This document shows, piece after piece, positions 1 through 18,915 of a DNA stretch of 64,000 nucleotides; the first letter of the stretch is position 1; every line of letters starts with the position of its first letter. Under the pieces are notes generated by a model, which was not told the origin of the DNA, ran no database searches, and saw only the letters and a program-made list of their open reading frames with translations. The translations under genes and the position numbers were made by a program. Source of the DNA: the human T2T-CHM13v2.0 reference genome, Homo sapiens; NCBI RefSeq assembly GCF_009914755.1, contig NC_060926.1. The stretch is one strand, 5' to 3'.

Positions 1-1503
1 ACTGGCGTGAGCCACCAGGCCCGGCCCATTTCTTTTTTAATTATAAAAACAATCATCCACAATCCTAGTATGAGTACAGCTACTCTCATTAATATGTTAC
101 CTGTTCTTTTTCCATTTCATATCTCTACAGTTGTTGCTAGTGTATGTAATTAAAACATGTTTTGAATGTGTGACATTTTAAAGATTATTATAGCCAAACA
201 ATGAGTGCTTGCTATTTCACTGAATGGCTGGACTGCTATTTTTAACCATGCCACAACAATTGAGTTGCTTTCTTTGCAATGGAGGAAAGCTATTGAACCA
301 AATTAAATACTGCTTATTGTCTAAAATTGGTTATATCCAAAGTTTATCCTACCCCTCTGACTCACACCCTTAAGTAAGAGTTGAAAGTGATGAAATGGCA
401 GAGAAACAAAGTAGTTGGAAGGAATAAAGATCTACTTGGTTCCTGGTTGATTTTGAAACTGCAAAAGCAACAGACAAGGAAGTTAGAAAAAAAATATACA
501 GTTTTCAACTGTAATAAAACATTTTTGTTAAGTAAATTTTCATTTTTTTAACCAATATTCTGACAGTCAATATTCTCATAGTTGGACTGAGTAAATTTTT
601 TATTTAAAGTTTACCTGCAGATTTAAGCATATCAGAAACCTTTGGTGTCAAGCTCAAGAGCTATGACATATGTATATTTACTATGAATTTTATTTGTTTT
701 TGTAGTGGAACTTCTTTTTGAACTCTAGACAAACAAATTGTAATCTTAGGGATACAGTCCTCCTGTACTGAACAGGATTATACTTAACCCATCAAGGCAG
801 TTGAGTCTCTAAGTTTTTTTTTCAGAGAAAGCAATTCTTGATTGTCAAGATTCGTTCTTCTCAGAATTAACCTTTACTGTAAAAAAAATTCTTATATAAC
901 CCACATTCTTCATGTTATAGATTCAGTACATTTCTTGTTTGGCCCTCTGTGGAAACAGATGGTTACTGTTTTTCATTTAGTAACTTCAGATACTTGAAAC
1001 CTAATATTTGTCTTTTAGGCTTTGCTGTGTTTGAATTATGTTATTTACATAATGCAGACTTAAACGTAGAGTTTTCTTTGTGGAATACTGTACCCATGAA
1101 AAAGATGCTTTCTGAGGATTCTTAAAATATGCTTCTGGACTACATTTGGTCATGTTTGTGTGTCCACATATTCGTTGTCTTAATGAGTAGTTAGGTAATT
1201 TGAACTACATTGCTTGATTGCTGAACTGTAGTTTTTAGAGGATATGTCCAAATATCAGATCTGTCAACCAATATTATAACCAAACTCACTAGCAAAAATG
1301 GTCTGAATTTGATCTCCTTTTAAATATGTAGATTTACTTCTAAATATGTAGAAGACATGGGGAATTTGATCTGGGTGCTGATCATCTCACTTTTGGAACA
1401 TCCGTAGGGTACTGGATTGATCCTGTGATTAATTTATGGGTCTCAGTCAGATATGGGGTGATCCTAGAAGTTTGTGTAGTCTGTAATGAAGTGGGCTGTA
1501 GAA

Positions 1504-2003
1504 CAGGGGTCCCCAACCCTCTGGGCCACAGACTGGTAGGAACTGGGTCACACAGCAGGAGGTGAGCAGTGGGTGAGTGAGCAAAGCTTCATCTGTATTT
1601 GCAGCCGCTCCTCATCACTCTCATTACCACCTACGCTTTGCCTTCTGTCAGATCAGTGGCATTAGATTTTCATAGGAATGCAAACCCTGTTGGGAACTGT
1701 GCATGCAAGGGATCTCGGTTGCTCACTCCTTATGAGAATCTAATGCCTGATCTGTCACTGTTTTCCATCACTTCCAGATGGGACCATCTAGTTGCAGGAA
1801 AACAAGCTCAGGGCTCCCACTGATTCTACATTATAGTGAGCCATATAATTATTTTATTATATATTACAATGTAATAATAATATAAAGTGCATAATAAGTG
1901 TAATGTGTTTGAATGATCCCAGCCCTCCCCCGCTGCCCCTAGTCTGTGGAAACATTGCCTTCCACGAAACCTGTCCCTGGTATCAAAAAGTTGTAGACTG
2001 CTG
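1504..2003 (+). mobile_element. MER1A (hAT-Charlie non-autonomous DNA transposon)
   Basis: caggggtccccaacc start, GAAGCTTCATCTGTATTT core, ...aaaaagttgtagactgctg end. Confidence 0.88.
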
Positions 2004-2319
2004 CCCTAGAGTATTCCAGATATTCTGTACTTGAGAATTACTACTTGGATCTCTCATGTATATGGATCTTCCTGAGCCTGTCTGAAGAGAATACAGTAGT
2101 GGAGGAAAGGAGAATTAAATTTGCCCTATCATAGTTAGTTCAGTGTCAGCCTTTCCTACTCGGTTCCTATCCATACAGCACAATACAATTCCATACTAAA
2201 GTACAAGAGTCCTCCTTTAAGTACTGAAGATGCTTTACTTTGACCACAAGAATATTTGAATTTTGGATTTTAACCAGTAGTATGGTAGTGGCTTCTTTTC
2301 AAAATCAGTGAAATTTCTT

Positions 2320-2448
2320 TTTTTAATTTTAAAGAGAGGGGGTCTTGCTGTGTTGTCCAGCCTAGACGTGAACTCCTGGGCTCAAGCAATCTTCCCATCT
2401 CAGCCTCGCAAGCAGCTAGGACTACAAACATGCACTGCAGCACTTGAC
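2320..2448 (-). mobile_element. FLAM/AluJ monomer fragment
   Basis: gaactcctgggctcaagcaatcttccc. Confidence 0.7.
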
Positions 2449-2685
2449 TTAGTAAAAACTTTTAATGTAAGGTATAATGCAGTTAACTAATGCTTGTTAT
2501 GCGTTTACTCCAAAATTTAACTGAAACACATTTGCTTGTTTCATCAGTGACATCATTTACACACCAATGACTCTTGGCCATGAAGAACCCACAGTGAACA
2601 TAGAAAGTTTAGTTGTAGACCTTTAATTGATTAATTGTAGCAGAAACGGCATCAAATAAGGAAGAGCCCCCTTCATAAGGAAATA

Positions 2686-2922
2686 CAGTTGACCCTTGAA
2701 CAACACCAGTTTGAACTGGGCAGGTCCACTGATATGTGGATTTTTTCAACCAAACGTGGATTGAAAAATACAGTATTCCAGGGATGCCAAACCTGTGTAT
2801 ACAGAGGCCTCAGTTTTTGTATATGTGGATTGTGCAGGGCTGACTATGGGACTTGAGTATGCCCGGACTTGGTATATGTAGGAGTCCTGTAACCACCCTC
2901 CTGCATGTCTGAGGGATGACTG
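2686..2922 (+). mobile_element. MER8 (Tigger-family MITE)
   Basis: ta|cagttgacccttgaacaac...gagggatgactg|ta, terminal inverted repeats with TA target site. Confidence 0.82.
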
Positions 2923-3121
2923 TAGATGTCTTTGAAAAGGTCTACCTGAAGTTCTGTAAATCTTAAGCTTGCTTTAGTTTCTACATTTAATTTTTCTTTT
3001 AGATTTTCATAGATTAGAAAATGACATTTTGCATTTAACAAAATTTTAAAAAATCAAAAAGTTTATGTATGTGGTTTTGTTTTGGTTTTGGTGCAGGACA
3101 ATGCATTGAAAACCCCTTTCT

Positions 3122-3551
<430 letters not shown>

Positions 3552-3667
3552 TCATAGTGTATGTCATAGATCATTGGAAACAGCAAAATTCTCAAAAAAT
3601 TGTTTTACTTATCTATAATACGTGTATAACACATAATTGAAAAAATACCAGTTATCCATATCAAATT

Positions 3668-4882
3668 CAGGCATACTTTGTTTTATTGTGCTTCATACTC
3701 TTGCACTTTGCAGATACTGTATTTTTTTTTTTTTTTACAAATTGAAGGTTTTTGGCAACCCTGCATTGAGCAAGTGTATTGGCCCCATTTTTCCAACAGC
3801 ATGTGTACCCACTTCATCTGTGTCACGTTTTGCTAGTTCTCACAGTATTACAAACTTTTTCACTATTATTATATCTCTTACGGTGACCTGTGATCCATTA
3901 CCTTTGATGTTACTGTTGTAATTGTTTTGGAGTGCCATGAGTGACACCCATTTAAGATAGCCTACTTAATAAATGTTGTGTGTTCTGACTGCTCCACACA
4001 CTGGCTGTTCCTCTGTCTCTCTCCCTCTCCTCAGGCCTCCCTATTCCCTGAGATAACAATATTGAAATGAGGCCAGTTAATAATCCTACAATGGTTCTTA
4101 AGTGTTCAAGTGAAAGGAAGAGTGCACGTTTCTCACTTTAAATCAAAAGCTAGAAATGATGAAGCTTAGATGAAGAAGGCATGTCAAAAGCTGAGATAGG
4201 CTGAAAGCTAGGCTTCTCATACCAGACAGCCAGTTGTGAATGCAGAGAAAAAGTTTCTGAAGAGTGCTACTCCAGTGAACATATGAATGATAAAGTTAAA
4301 CAGCCTTATTGCAGATACGGAGAATGTTTGCATGTTCTGAATATAAAGTCAGACCAGACACAACATTCCCTTAAGCCAAAGCCTAATCCAGAGCAAGGCT
4401 CTAACTCTCTTCATTTCTATGAAAGCTGAGAGACGTGAGGAAGCTGCAGAAGTTTGAAGCTAGCAGAGATTAGTTCATGAGGTTTAAGGAAAGAAGCCAT
4501 CTCCATACATAAAAGTGCAAGGTGAAGCAGCAGGTTCTGAAGTGGAAGCTGCAGCAGGTTATCTAGAAGATTTAGCTAAGATCATTGATGAAGGTGGCTG
4601 CACTAAACAACAGATTATCAGTGTAGACAACACTGTCTTATATTAGAAAAAGATGTTACCCAGTACTTTCATAGCTAGAGAAGAGAAGCCAATGCCTGGC
4701 TTCAAAGGACAAGCTGACTGTTGAGGGGGTATTGTAGCTGATGACTTTAAGTTGAAGCCAGTGCTCATTTACCATTCTGAAAATCCTAGGGCCTTGGGAT
4801 TATTCTACCCTGCGCATGTGTATGCTCTAGAAATGGAACAACAAAGCTTAGATGACAGCACATTGTTTACAACATGGTTTAC
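3668..4882 (+). mobile_element. Tigger1 5' half with decayed transposase
   Basis: caggcatac TIR; from ~4091 disrupted remnants of the MASKCSSERKS...LNQKLEMIKL transposase N-terminus; truncated at an Alu. Confidence 0.88.
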
Positions 4883-5524
<642 letters not shown>

Positions 5525-5763
5525 TAGTCTTCTCTCTCTGTAGCCATGGAGAAGTTGAGTCATGTTAATTAACACACCAGTGATTTCTGATTATGGAGAA
5601 GATAATTTCTCAGCCCTATTAATAAAAATTACATTTTCATTTGAGAGGAGATAGTTTTTAAAATTATTTTATATATTTTAAAATCAAATGGCATATTTGC
5701 TTATTTTAACAAATTTTTTGCAAGATAACCCCTGTTAACAGTTTAATTTGTGTCTTTCCATAT

Positions 5764-6083
5764 CGGGTTGACAAACTTTAGCACTTTATGGCAAAATTCA
5801 CTGTTTTGTATCCTGTGAGCCAAAAATGGTTTTTATATTTTTAAATGGTTGGAAAAAATCAAAAGAATATTTCATGACTCATTAAAGTTATATGAATTCT
5901 AATTTCAGTGTCCATAAATAAAGCTTTACTGGAACATAGCCATACACATTTGTATAGTTAATATCTGTAGTTGCTTTTGTGCTGCCACAGCAGAGTCCAG
6001 TAATTGGGACAAAGACCTTTTGTCCTACAAAGCCTAAAATGTTTACTGTCTGGTCCTTAACAGAAAAAGTTTGCCAACCCCTG
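5764..6083. mobile_element. MER58B-like hAT element
   Basis: gggttgacaaact...aaagtttgccaacccctg terminal inverted repeats. Confidence 0.72.
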
Positions 6084-6218
6084 TTCTTCATGTACACCTG
6101 CTTTCTTGTTTGCTTTTTCAAAAACAGGACATAAACTGTACTGTGTAAACAGTGAATATGCATTATCTTTTGCTTACTGGAAACTAACTTAAAATATATA
6201 TCCATTGATCATGCATAG

Positions 6219-6574
<356 letters not shown>

Positions 6575-7515
6575 AATATAATGTATTTTTAATAGCTGCA
6601 CAGATTCCATATTTAGATAACATATTTCATTCACTTGATCCCATTTTGATAGGTCTGATAGGTTTATAGTTCCCTCTCTCCCTGCTACATACATTGTTGT
6701 GTCAAAGCATGTGTATTTTTCATTTTTGTAGTGATTACGTAAAGATTACTGTTCAGAACTGAGATTTGTAGCAGTTCACAAATGCACCACTACAAATGTC
6801 CTAACTTCCTAGCCATTATTTGCTATCATTTTTTTGTTTGCTCATAAGATCAGTAAAAATTATTTTTATTTGCAAGACCCTGTCAAGTAATGAAGCTAAA
6901 TCATTTGAACCTGTAAAGACATGCTTTGAAGTAGCTGAAGTTTAACGATTATCTCTGTTTTGTTTGGTTTCTGTTTTTTAAGAGCTCTTAAATGTCAGTA
7001 GTTAGAAATTACAAATTTTACTGTAGCAGGTCATCTTTCTTCTCCTTGCTTACAAGGAAGTAACCATTTTTTAGTCTTTCCCCATGACAAGAGTACAATG
7101 TGAGAAAGTTTGCTCTGCTTAGCCCAGATCTCTAATGTATATTGAAAACATCCCCATGAAAACACATCTAGATACTGTAAGAAACATCTTTGTTTACAAA
7201 GACCATTACATTTTCACTAATCTTTGGACAATTTGAATAAATATGCATAATAGTCTCTTAAGAAATGCTGGCTCTAGGCTATATTATGAAAAAGTTGAAG
7301 TTGCCCTTATCACTCCAGACTCTTTTTACCCCTTCATTTGTGCCCTCATGTAGGTGATTATTCTGGCCTTTTCACATACTAATAATACCACTACGGGTTC
7401 TCCTTCCTTTACCCTTGGGAAAATTTAAATTCTATTTATACCTTCTGAGGGAATTTACCGTTTAAATTATGAAAGTTTTTCTTGCTTATTGAATGAGGGT
7501 TTTTTTGTTGTTTTT

Positions 7516-9150
7516 GTAACAGCTGTTTTGAGATATAATTCACATGCCATATGAATCACCCATTTAAAACATGTACTTCAGTGGTTTTTAATATATTCAC
7601 AGAGTTGTGCACAATCCATTTTAGAATATTTTTACCACAATAAGAAGAAATCCTGTATCCTTTAGCAGTCACTTCCTGTTTCTCCCAATCCCTATAGTTT
7701 TTAGGCAGCTGCTAATCTACTTTATCTTACAGGTTTGCCTGTTCAGGACATTATGTAAATTGAATCATACAGTATGTAGTCTTTTGTCACTGGCTTCTTT
7801 CACTAAGTATGTTTTCAAGATTTCATCCATGTTGCAGCATGTATCACTGTTTCGTTCTTTTTTATTGGAGTAATATTCTGTCATATGGGTATAACCGTGT
7901 GAGCACATAACTGTTCAACATTTGATGGACATTTGGGTTATTTCTACTTTTTGGCTCTTATGAACAATGCTGCTATAAACAGTCATGGGCAAGTTTTTAT
8001 GTGGTCATCTGTATTTATTTCTCTTAGGTGTATACTTTAGGAGTGGCGTTGCTGGATTATATGGTGCCTCTGTTTAACCTTTTGAAGAACTGCCAGATTG
8101 TTTTCCAAAGTGGCTGTACTGTTTACATTCCCACTAGCAGTATATGAGGGTTTCAATTTCCCCTTATCCTCACCAACACTTTGTCATTTTGATTATAGCC
8201 ATCCTGATGGTGTGAAGTGGCATCTCATTATGATTTTTTATTGTTATAAAATACACATAAAATTTATCATTTTAATCAATTTTAACTTTATAGTTCAGTG
8301 TTATTAAGCACATTCACAGTGTTGTGCAACCATCACCCGTATGTTTTCAGAACTTTTTCATCATATTAGTAACTCCTCATTGACCTCTCCTTTCAGTCCC
8401 CGGTAACCTCTATTCTCTCTTCTGTTTCAATGAATTTGCCTATTCTAGGTACCTGGTATAAGTGGAAACATACAACATTTGTCCTTTTGTGTCTGGTTTA
8501 TTTTACTTAGCATAATGTTTTCAAAGGTCACTCATGTTTTAGCATGTGTCAGAGTATCATTTCTTTTTAAGGCTGAATAATATTCCATTTTATGTATATG
8601 CCACATTTTGTTTATCCATTCATGTGTTTATGGACATATGGGTGCTTTCCACCCCTTGGCTGTTGTTAATAATACTGCTATGAACATTGGTGTATAAAAG
8701 TATCTGAGTCCACACTTTCGGTTCTGTTGGATTATATCTGTAAGTGGAGTTGCTTTGTCATATGGTAATCCTGTTTAATTTTTTGAGGAAATGCCCACTG
8801 TTTTCTATGGTGGCTAAACAGGTTTACATTCCTACCAGCAATGCACAAGAGTTCTAATTTCTCCACGTATGTTCATGTGCTTATTGATAATTTGTATATC
8901 TTCTTTAGAGAAATGCCTATTTAATTTTTTTGCCTACTTCTGGATTGCTGGATTGTAGGCCAAGTATATTTTCACATTTAGTAAGTCTTGCTGAATTATT
9001 CTCCAGAAGAGTTTGTCAATATATACTTCCCTTCAGAATGTATAAAAGTTCTGATGCTCTAAATCCAACTAACGTTGCCAGACTTTATTTACATTTTTTA
9101 TCCAAGGATGTGTGAAATAGTATTTTGTGATTTTAATTGGCATGTGCCTA
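7516..9150 (-). mobile_element. Old L1 (L1MB/L1MA-type) 3' fragments
   Basis: gagatataattcacatgccat; gatggacatttgggtt; ttttgaggaa motifs; two nested or adjacent pieces. Confidence 0.75.
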
Positions 9151-9737
9151 ATTACTAGTGAGCTTGATCCACCCTTCTTCCCTCCCTGCAGATAGAAGTT
9201 TGCCTAGTCATGTCTTTTTTGCATTTTTCTATTGGATTGATGTGTTTTTTTATTGCTTTATAGGCAATATTGACATATTTCTTACATATGTTAATTTTCT
9301 CAATTTTTCAGAAATTTAAAAACTTGTTTTTTGAAGTGAGAAGAAAGCAAGTTGAATTTATGTCCTTGGGATTTAACATAGTTCCTGGCAAATTAGTCAC
9401 TCAATAAATGTAAAATGTATAAATATTTTACAAACATCTAAAAATTTGTTTTATTTTTAAGGAAATAATGCTACCCAAATTAAATAACAAATGAGCTCTA
9501 ATTGTGCAAAAAATGTGTTACTCATACCTTTATGGTAAAATAATGTATTGGATCTTCCATTGTTCATGCCGTAGACACATTTGTAAGTGGACTAGAAAAA
9601 TAGTTACCAGTCTTTTCTTGGTATGATAGTCATTTATAGTAGATTGAATCTATTAGATCTTCCAGATACACTTAAATTCTGAGATAAAAATATACATACT
9701 CATGTAATTCTTAGCCATGACACTGAAGGGACAGGGA

Positions 9738-10330
<593 letters not shown>

Positions 10331-10549
10331 GTGAAATGAGATTAAAAAATAAAAGAACTGCTTACTTCTAGAAATATATATATAAATTTTGATTATAGTA
10401 GCAGTATCCCACAAAATTTCCATGAAATTCAACAAAGGGAATCCTCTCAAAAGGAAAGCAAGATTTTGTTGAGCCTTGTACTGAACTTGTTTAATCCAGA
10501 CTTTTTTCCACTTTCAGTTTTATGTGCATGTGAAATGATGTTCATTCTT

Positions 10550-10847
10550 TTTCTTTTTTTTTCCCCTTGAGGTAAGATCTCGCTCTGTTGCCCAGCTGGA
10601 GTGCAGTGGCACAGTTGTGGCTCACTGCAGCCTTGACCTCCCAGATTCAAGAGATCCTTCCACCTCAGCCCCCACAGCCTGCCCCAAGTAGCTGGCTGAG
10701 ACTACTGGCATACACCTGGTTTTTTTTAATTTTTAATTTTGTAGAGATGGGGTTCTCACTATGTTGCTCATGCTGGCCTCAAGCAATGCTCCCACCTCAG
10801 CCCCGCAAAGTGCTGGGATTACTGGCATGAACCACTGTGCCCAGCCT
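10550..10847 (-). mobile_element. AluJ
   Basis: gctcactgcagccttgacctccc. Confidence 0.85.
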
Positions 10848-11027
10848 CCATTCTTATTTTTTTAAAGAATTACATCCTACCTGCTTTCAAAATTAATATG
10901 AGCCTGTTAAGGCTTTTTTTTTTTTTTTTTAAACCACCCCTCTTCCACAAAGAAAAACTTTAAATTTGCTTCTGGTCCAGCAACTCAATTTTGTGTGACA
11001 TATTGCAATATATATGCCCTTCAAATA

Positions 11028-11790
<763 letters not shown>

Positions 11791-12609
11791 TTAGGAATGA
11801 AGTTGATGAGTTTTGCTGATATAGCTTGTGGTTGATTGATAGATTTCCTCTGGGTCTTTCTCTGCCTTCTTTTTTATTTGAAATAGGCTAAAACATCATG
11901 TTCTTAGAGCTTGTCATTTAAAATTTAGTATTCAATACTTATATCATTTGGAATATAGCTGTAGTCTTATAATTCAGAAGGTATAGCTTTGCTTGTAATG
12001 TTTTATAGGCCTACATAGTGAGCTCTTAAAATGGCACTGCTTTAAAAAATTTCTCATGAGTATTTTGCTTTTAACAGAGAAATAACTTGCTCCAGAGACC
12101 AGGCTTTCATTCTTTTCTCTCCTGGTAAAAATTGACTGACTTTCTGTGAGTTCTACAATTTTCTGTATATATCTGTCAGGACAAGTGTTGTATTGTACTT
12201 TATTTTATTTATTTATTTACCTTCTTCTCTCCCCCACAATGCTTGCTAGGGTTAGGAAACAGTCTTATTTAAATCCTAACAATGCATGGTATGTATTAAT
12301 AATTAGAAGGTCACTTAATGTTAAAAATGATTATCAAATAAATAACATATATCTTTGTGTTGTTTTCACTGTCTCCTGCTAATTCCAATTTAGTCCATTT
12401 TTAATTTTCTGATGATTAAATGAAATTTAGTGAGTAAACAAATCAGTAAAATATAGTATCTCTTTCTGCTAATGTATTAGAAACTAAGTTTTAGTAAAAC
12501 TTTGATTGTGTACCCTAGGTACCTGACTGCAAATGTTACTCATCCTTAAGGATTAAGGTGATCTCGGTGTGGGTTTAGCAGACCTTTGTATTGGAATCTT
12601 ATGATGATT

Positions 12610-12860
12610 ATAGTAGTAGCTAACATTTATAAAAAGGAAAATTTCACTATTTGTTGTTTTTACATGCTGTTTAATTTATCTAATTTAATTTTCTATAACT
12701 TTATATGTCATCTAGATGTTCTTAGCTTCATTTTAAAGATGGAGAATCTGAGGCATGAAGAAGTTAAGAAACTTGCCTGGGTATATAGTTACTAAATGAT
12801 GAAGCCAGTTTTTAAATCCCAGACAGTCTAAATCCAGCACTGTGCTCTTAAGCACCATAT
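12610..12860 (-). mobile_element. MIR
   Basis: ttttaaagatggagaatctgaggcatgaagaagttaag core. Confidence 0.65.
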
Positions 12861-13817
12861 GCATATTAAGTAAGTTTTTAGCTTACACATGAACTTTGTA
12901 TTCCAGGAACAGTTATGTTAGTAAAATATTAAATGGTAGAGAATTTTTTCATAAAGCAAGACAGATAACTGTCTTGCAAGAGTCACCCATTCACCACGAG
13001 AGAGAAAAATAAAAGAAATGTGAGTGAGTGAGTTTAGGGCTAAATACATGTAAATACTGAGTTTGTCAGAGGAATCAGGGAGGGAAGTAAAGTAGATTTT
13101 TTTTCTTGGATAAGAAATAAAAGCATTTAGCTCATTTGCTTATAAAAAATAGTAAGAGGAAAACTCTAGCAAAATAAATCTAGAGTCTTGGTTGAGGCCC
13201 ACTAATGCGAGAACATCTGACCTCTTGGTTGGGCTAAATCTCTAAAACTGATAGGAATAACAAAAATATACTTAATTTTGGTCATATCCTGGCAGAGGGG
13301 AAAGGAGGGCAGGAAGATAGATAGCCTCAAAATCCAGGTACAAGAAAGGAAAGGGGGATATTCAGAGAAAGAAAAAAACCATAAAAAGGAAGAAATACTA
13401 GATGGTGAGGGAAGAGGAGAGAGATACCGATCTTTTCTATCATGCAATTATTGGCTAAATTTGCTTCTTCCAGATTCCCCCTCAGCTACACGAAACTTCT
13501 AATAAAGGGGGTTCTTATCTTCTAAAGCAACCCCTAGTCCTATGCATGTCACCAAACTAATAAGTGTCTTTTTTTCATTCCCTGTTTTATCCTGTCTTTG
13601 CTGCTTATTCTGAAGCACAACCACAACAAATCAACCACTGTTTGGAGAGTTATTGCAAAGTGTGATGCTTTGCAGGTGTAGAGGAAAATGAAAAATAGCT
13701 TCTTCCCCAGAGGGTTTTACAATCTAGTTAGGAATTTTAAATGTAACTTTATTAAAAGATAATTAACAATATCCTACAATATTATGAGTTGTGTGGTATA
13801 TACAATTCCACACTTAA

Positions 13818-14144
<327 letters not shown>

Positions 14145-14499
14145 CAGCTCAAGCTCTTTAACCAGCTCTTCTCAGCAGGGCACTGTGTCTCCTGCTTTAC
14201 AGAAAAATTAGGTAGAAAGACAAATATCTTCACCTCCTCTCATCTTCTTCCCTTCATTCTTAGATAAAAGTATCTCTTCTCAGAAAAGGCTCATTCTTTG
14301 TCTTGTTTTTTCTATTTTAGCCCTTCACATCTCTAACGCTGGAGCTCTGCTCCATGTCCTTACGTGTTAGTATAAATAACTCTGTTGGTTCCTTCCCTCA
14401 ACCCTGTAAATCTATTACTCTTACATTTAAATAAAAACACCACTGTCAGCTTTGCAGACACTCTCTTCACCCCCGTCCGGTTAAACCCTTTCCATCTTC

Positions 14500-15080
14500 A
14501 ATCACATTCCTTAAAAGACTGCCTTACCTCCCAGCCTCACTTCAGTGCATTGCAGTTATGCTTCTGTTCCCATGACTCCACTGAAACTTCTCTGGTAAAG
14601 ATTCCTTAATACTGGCCAAATCAGATGGACCATTTTTAGTCATTGTCTTTTGATATCTTTGCAGTCTAACATTATGTCTCCTTTCCTGAACCTATGACTA
14701 GCTTTCTGACAGTTTTTATTCTGTCTTCTCTGCTGGATAACTTTGGCCCTATTCCTTTCTCACTCCAAGTCATCAATTCTCACAACTCCAGTTATCAGAT
14801 ATGTCCTAATAAAGCTCCGAAGTGTAATCTCTAATTCAGGCCTCTATCTTAAGCCCAAGACCTAGTTATACTTTTGTTATAATGACCTCAAACTCAGCAG
14901 ATCCAAAACCACACATCTTTCTGCTCCCTCATTCCCCACCCTGTTTTTTTTCCTTTGTTCTCTATCAGTGCATGTTATTGAACCATTTATTCAGTCATCC
15001 AAATAGAAAAACAGGGATCTTCCTGTACTTTTTATCCTCTTATGTAATCAATGACCATATTCCATCAATTCTGTCTTGAG
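14500..15080 (-). mobile_element. L2 fragment
   Basis: gactccactgaaact...gccaaatc...ctcaaactcagca..tccaaaac. Confidence 0.55.
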
Positions 15081-15107
15081 TATCATCTATTAAAATTATC
15101 CCTTTAT

Positions 15108-15400
<293 letters not shown>

Positions 15401-16151
15401 TTATTTATTTCTAATTTCTGGTAGATAAATTTCTGGCAGTAATTTTTTTTTTAAATTCTCAGCACTTTGAAAATTTTTTATATACAGTAGTACTCAAATA
15501 TCTGGATGAATAGGAGTTTTGAAAAAGAGATTTGACTGTAACAGAAAAGAGAGAAGATGATTCTTAATCATAGAAACAGCTGAGACTGGGTCTCACAAGC
15601 TTTTTCCCTGAAATTAGATTTCGATTTGAGAAGAAAGAAATGGCCAGGGTACATAATATACAAATTAGTAATGCACTGCACAAGTGGGAGGTGGTGGGAA
15701 AAAAAGCCCTATATACTTTGATGTGCAAGAGGACCTTTTTTGTTATATGCTAATTAGAAAGCACTTTGTTACAGAACTTTTTGGCAGCCCTTCTAACCTT
15801 AGGAACCTCTAAGCAATCATTTAATTTGGGTCCATTTATTGTAAAGAAGAGTATAGTTGACACCTGAATTATAAAACTACAGCCTTACATTTGTCTGGTG
15901 ATTCAAGTATAACGACATACAATCTGCTTTCAAGCCTCTCACCAGTCAATAGCAAGAATTTGAATTCCTTCCTAGCCTGTAATGTTTCAAACACATTATA
16001 TATTCCCCAACCCACCTCACTCCTGTTAATCTTTCAAGTAACTCCTATACTTTGATGAATCTGTACCAGGTATTAATCAAAAGAGAAGTGCTTTCCTGAG
16101 TCTTACGTGTAGAAACACTCTTTTGATGGCTTCTACTTTTCTGTAAAGGCC

Positions 16152-16461
16152 TTTTTGTTTTGTTTTTGTTTTTGTTTTTTTGAGACGGAGTCTGGCTGTG
16201 TCGCCCAGGCTGGAGTGCAGTGGCACGGATTTCGGCTCACTGCAAGCTCCGCCTCCCGAGTTCATGCCATTCTCCTGCCTCAGCCTCCCTAGTAGCTGGG
16301 ACTACAGGCGCCCGCCACAACGCGCGGCTAATTTTTTTTATTTTTTAGTAGAGATGGGGTTTCACCGTGTTAGCCAGGATGGTCTCCATCTGACCTCGTG
16401 ATCCCCCTGCCTCACCCGCCCAAAGTGCTGGGATTACAGGTGTGAGCCGCTGTGCCTGGCC
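16152..16461 (-). mobile_element. AluY-like
   Basis: Full dimer; target duplication ctgt(a/g)aaggcctttt. Confidence 0.9.
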
Positions 16462-16697
16462 TGTGAAGGCCTTTTGTAAGTATTAATCTGGATCATTTTG
16501 CCTCATTCCAATGTCTTTTATCAGCTTTTGCTGTTAGTTTATCCTTAGATCAATCTCTTCATGTTCATAACTCCTCACATTTAGTTTGGTTTAGGTTTCA
16601 TCCCTTCACAGCAGTTTTTGGTGCATGTGTGTTTATAGCTGTTATGTTGTTAATGTTTTATTTTGAGTTGGTTTAAATTTATAAAGTGCAAATGTAA

Positions 16698-17047
<350 letters not shown>

Positions 17048-18312
17048 CTATTACAGGTTTCTTAATACTAGTACTGCAGTTAATATTTTCAAACAACTTG
17101 GAAACTTAGTTAAGAAAAATGATTCTCATTGTTAATTATATTCATTAACTTAGCAAAATGTTTATAATGAATCTTAATATCTTAATATTTTGGTTTTAAA
17201 AATCAATGAAAAGTGATAATTCCTTTAGTTTTGTTACAATTCATGTGGATTTCATTGTATTTTAAATAAAACAAAAGGAAAAAGGAAATATGACTTGCTA
17301 CTTTGTATACACATTGTTTATTTTATTTCCTACTAGGAAAAATACTTACTTTGGGGACTTTAAGCTCTAAGCAATAGTACCTTATTGTTAACCAGTTTAA
17401 AGAAGATCCGAAAAGTAGTGCCAAAGGGCAACCAAATAATTTTAGTGAATATTTGCATAGTGCATTAATTCATGCTTTTCTGCTGCCTAGGGTTTAGCCA
17501 CTCCTCAAAGCAGCCCAGGTTTTTTGTCTGTATCCTGCCTGCTTTTGCCTGTGTGTTGTGTGCTCACTGTCCTTCAGTTTGTCCCCTTTTATAAAATAGA
17601 ACACTTTCTTTAGTTCAGAGAGCAAAAGGGCAGGAGAAGAGCTATCTTAAGTTTTATTTTTGCCAACATAGAAGTAGTTTGTGTGGTAGGCCATCTGGAC
17701 TGAGAGGATTTCCTCGGAATGTAAAGTATGTTGTGAGATCTAGAGAGCTGAGATTTGCTTTGAAACTATCTGGGAAGGTGGTATTCCTACGCAGACAGAA
17801 CTGGTTTATATTGCTTACAACATCGGTGGTGGGAACGGAAGACAGCTTGCCTTGTCTCGCTTCAGTGTGGGGTTCCTCTACCCTTAAGAATTTCTGACCA
17901 GGTAAACTATCTCTCCATTCCTGTGAGTTCAGACCTGTCTCACAAACTTGTGACAAAGAAGTCTGAGGACTTGGGAATGAATCTAGATTCCTTGCTCCCT
18001 CCATTAGCCCCCTTCTCCCTGTAAATATATGTGTCAGTAATGTGATAAACATTTGCCTACACACTTGTATAAAGTACTTAAAACTACTTACTTTATAAAC
18101 AAATATATTCCTGTTGAGAGGACAGGGTGGGTTTTGCTCAGCTTGTTCTTGTTCTCTGTGAAAAAAGATGGTCATGTATATAAAACAGCAGCTTTTAATG
18201 GAAAATAATTTAAAAGTGCCTGTCTTAATAATACATCAGAAATTGTATAATTAAGCTTGACTTTTACTTTTGTGAACTCTAACCAAAAAACATCATCAAA
18301 AACAATTATCTA

Positions 18313-18915
<603 letters not shown>

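Noticed and set aside
4091-4882. Possible domesticated Tigger transposase
   Set aside because: Multiple stops and frameshifts, and truncated at an Alu.
17719-17729. TTCCTCGGAA STAT-like site
   Set aside because: A single short motif is expected by chance in 64 kb.
17654-18175. 173-aa minus-strand ORF in non-repeat intron 1 sequence
   Set aside because: No recognisable domain or exon structure; compatible with a chance ORF.
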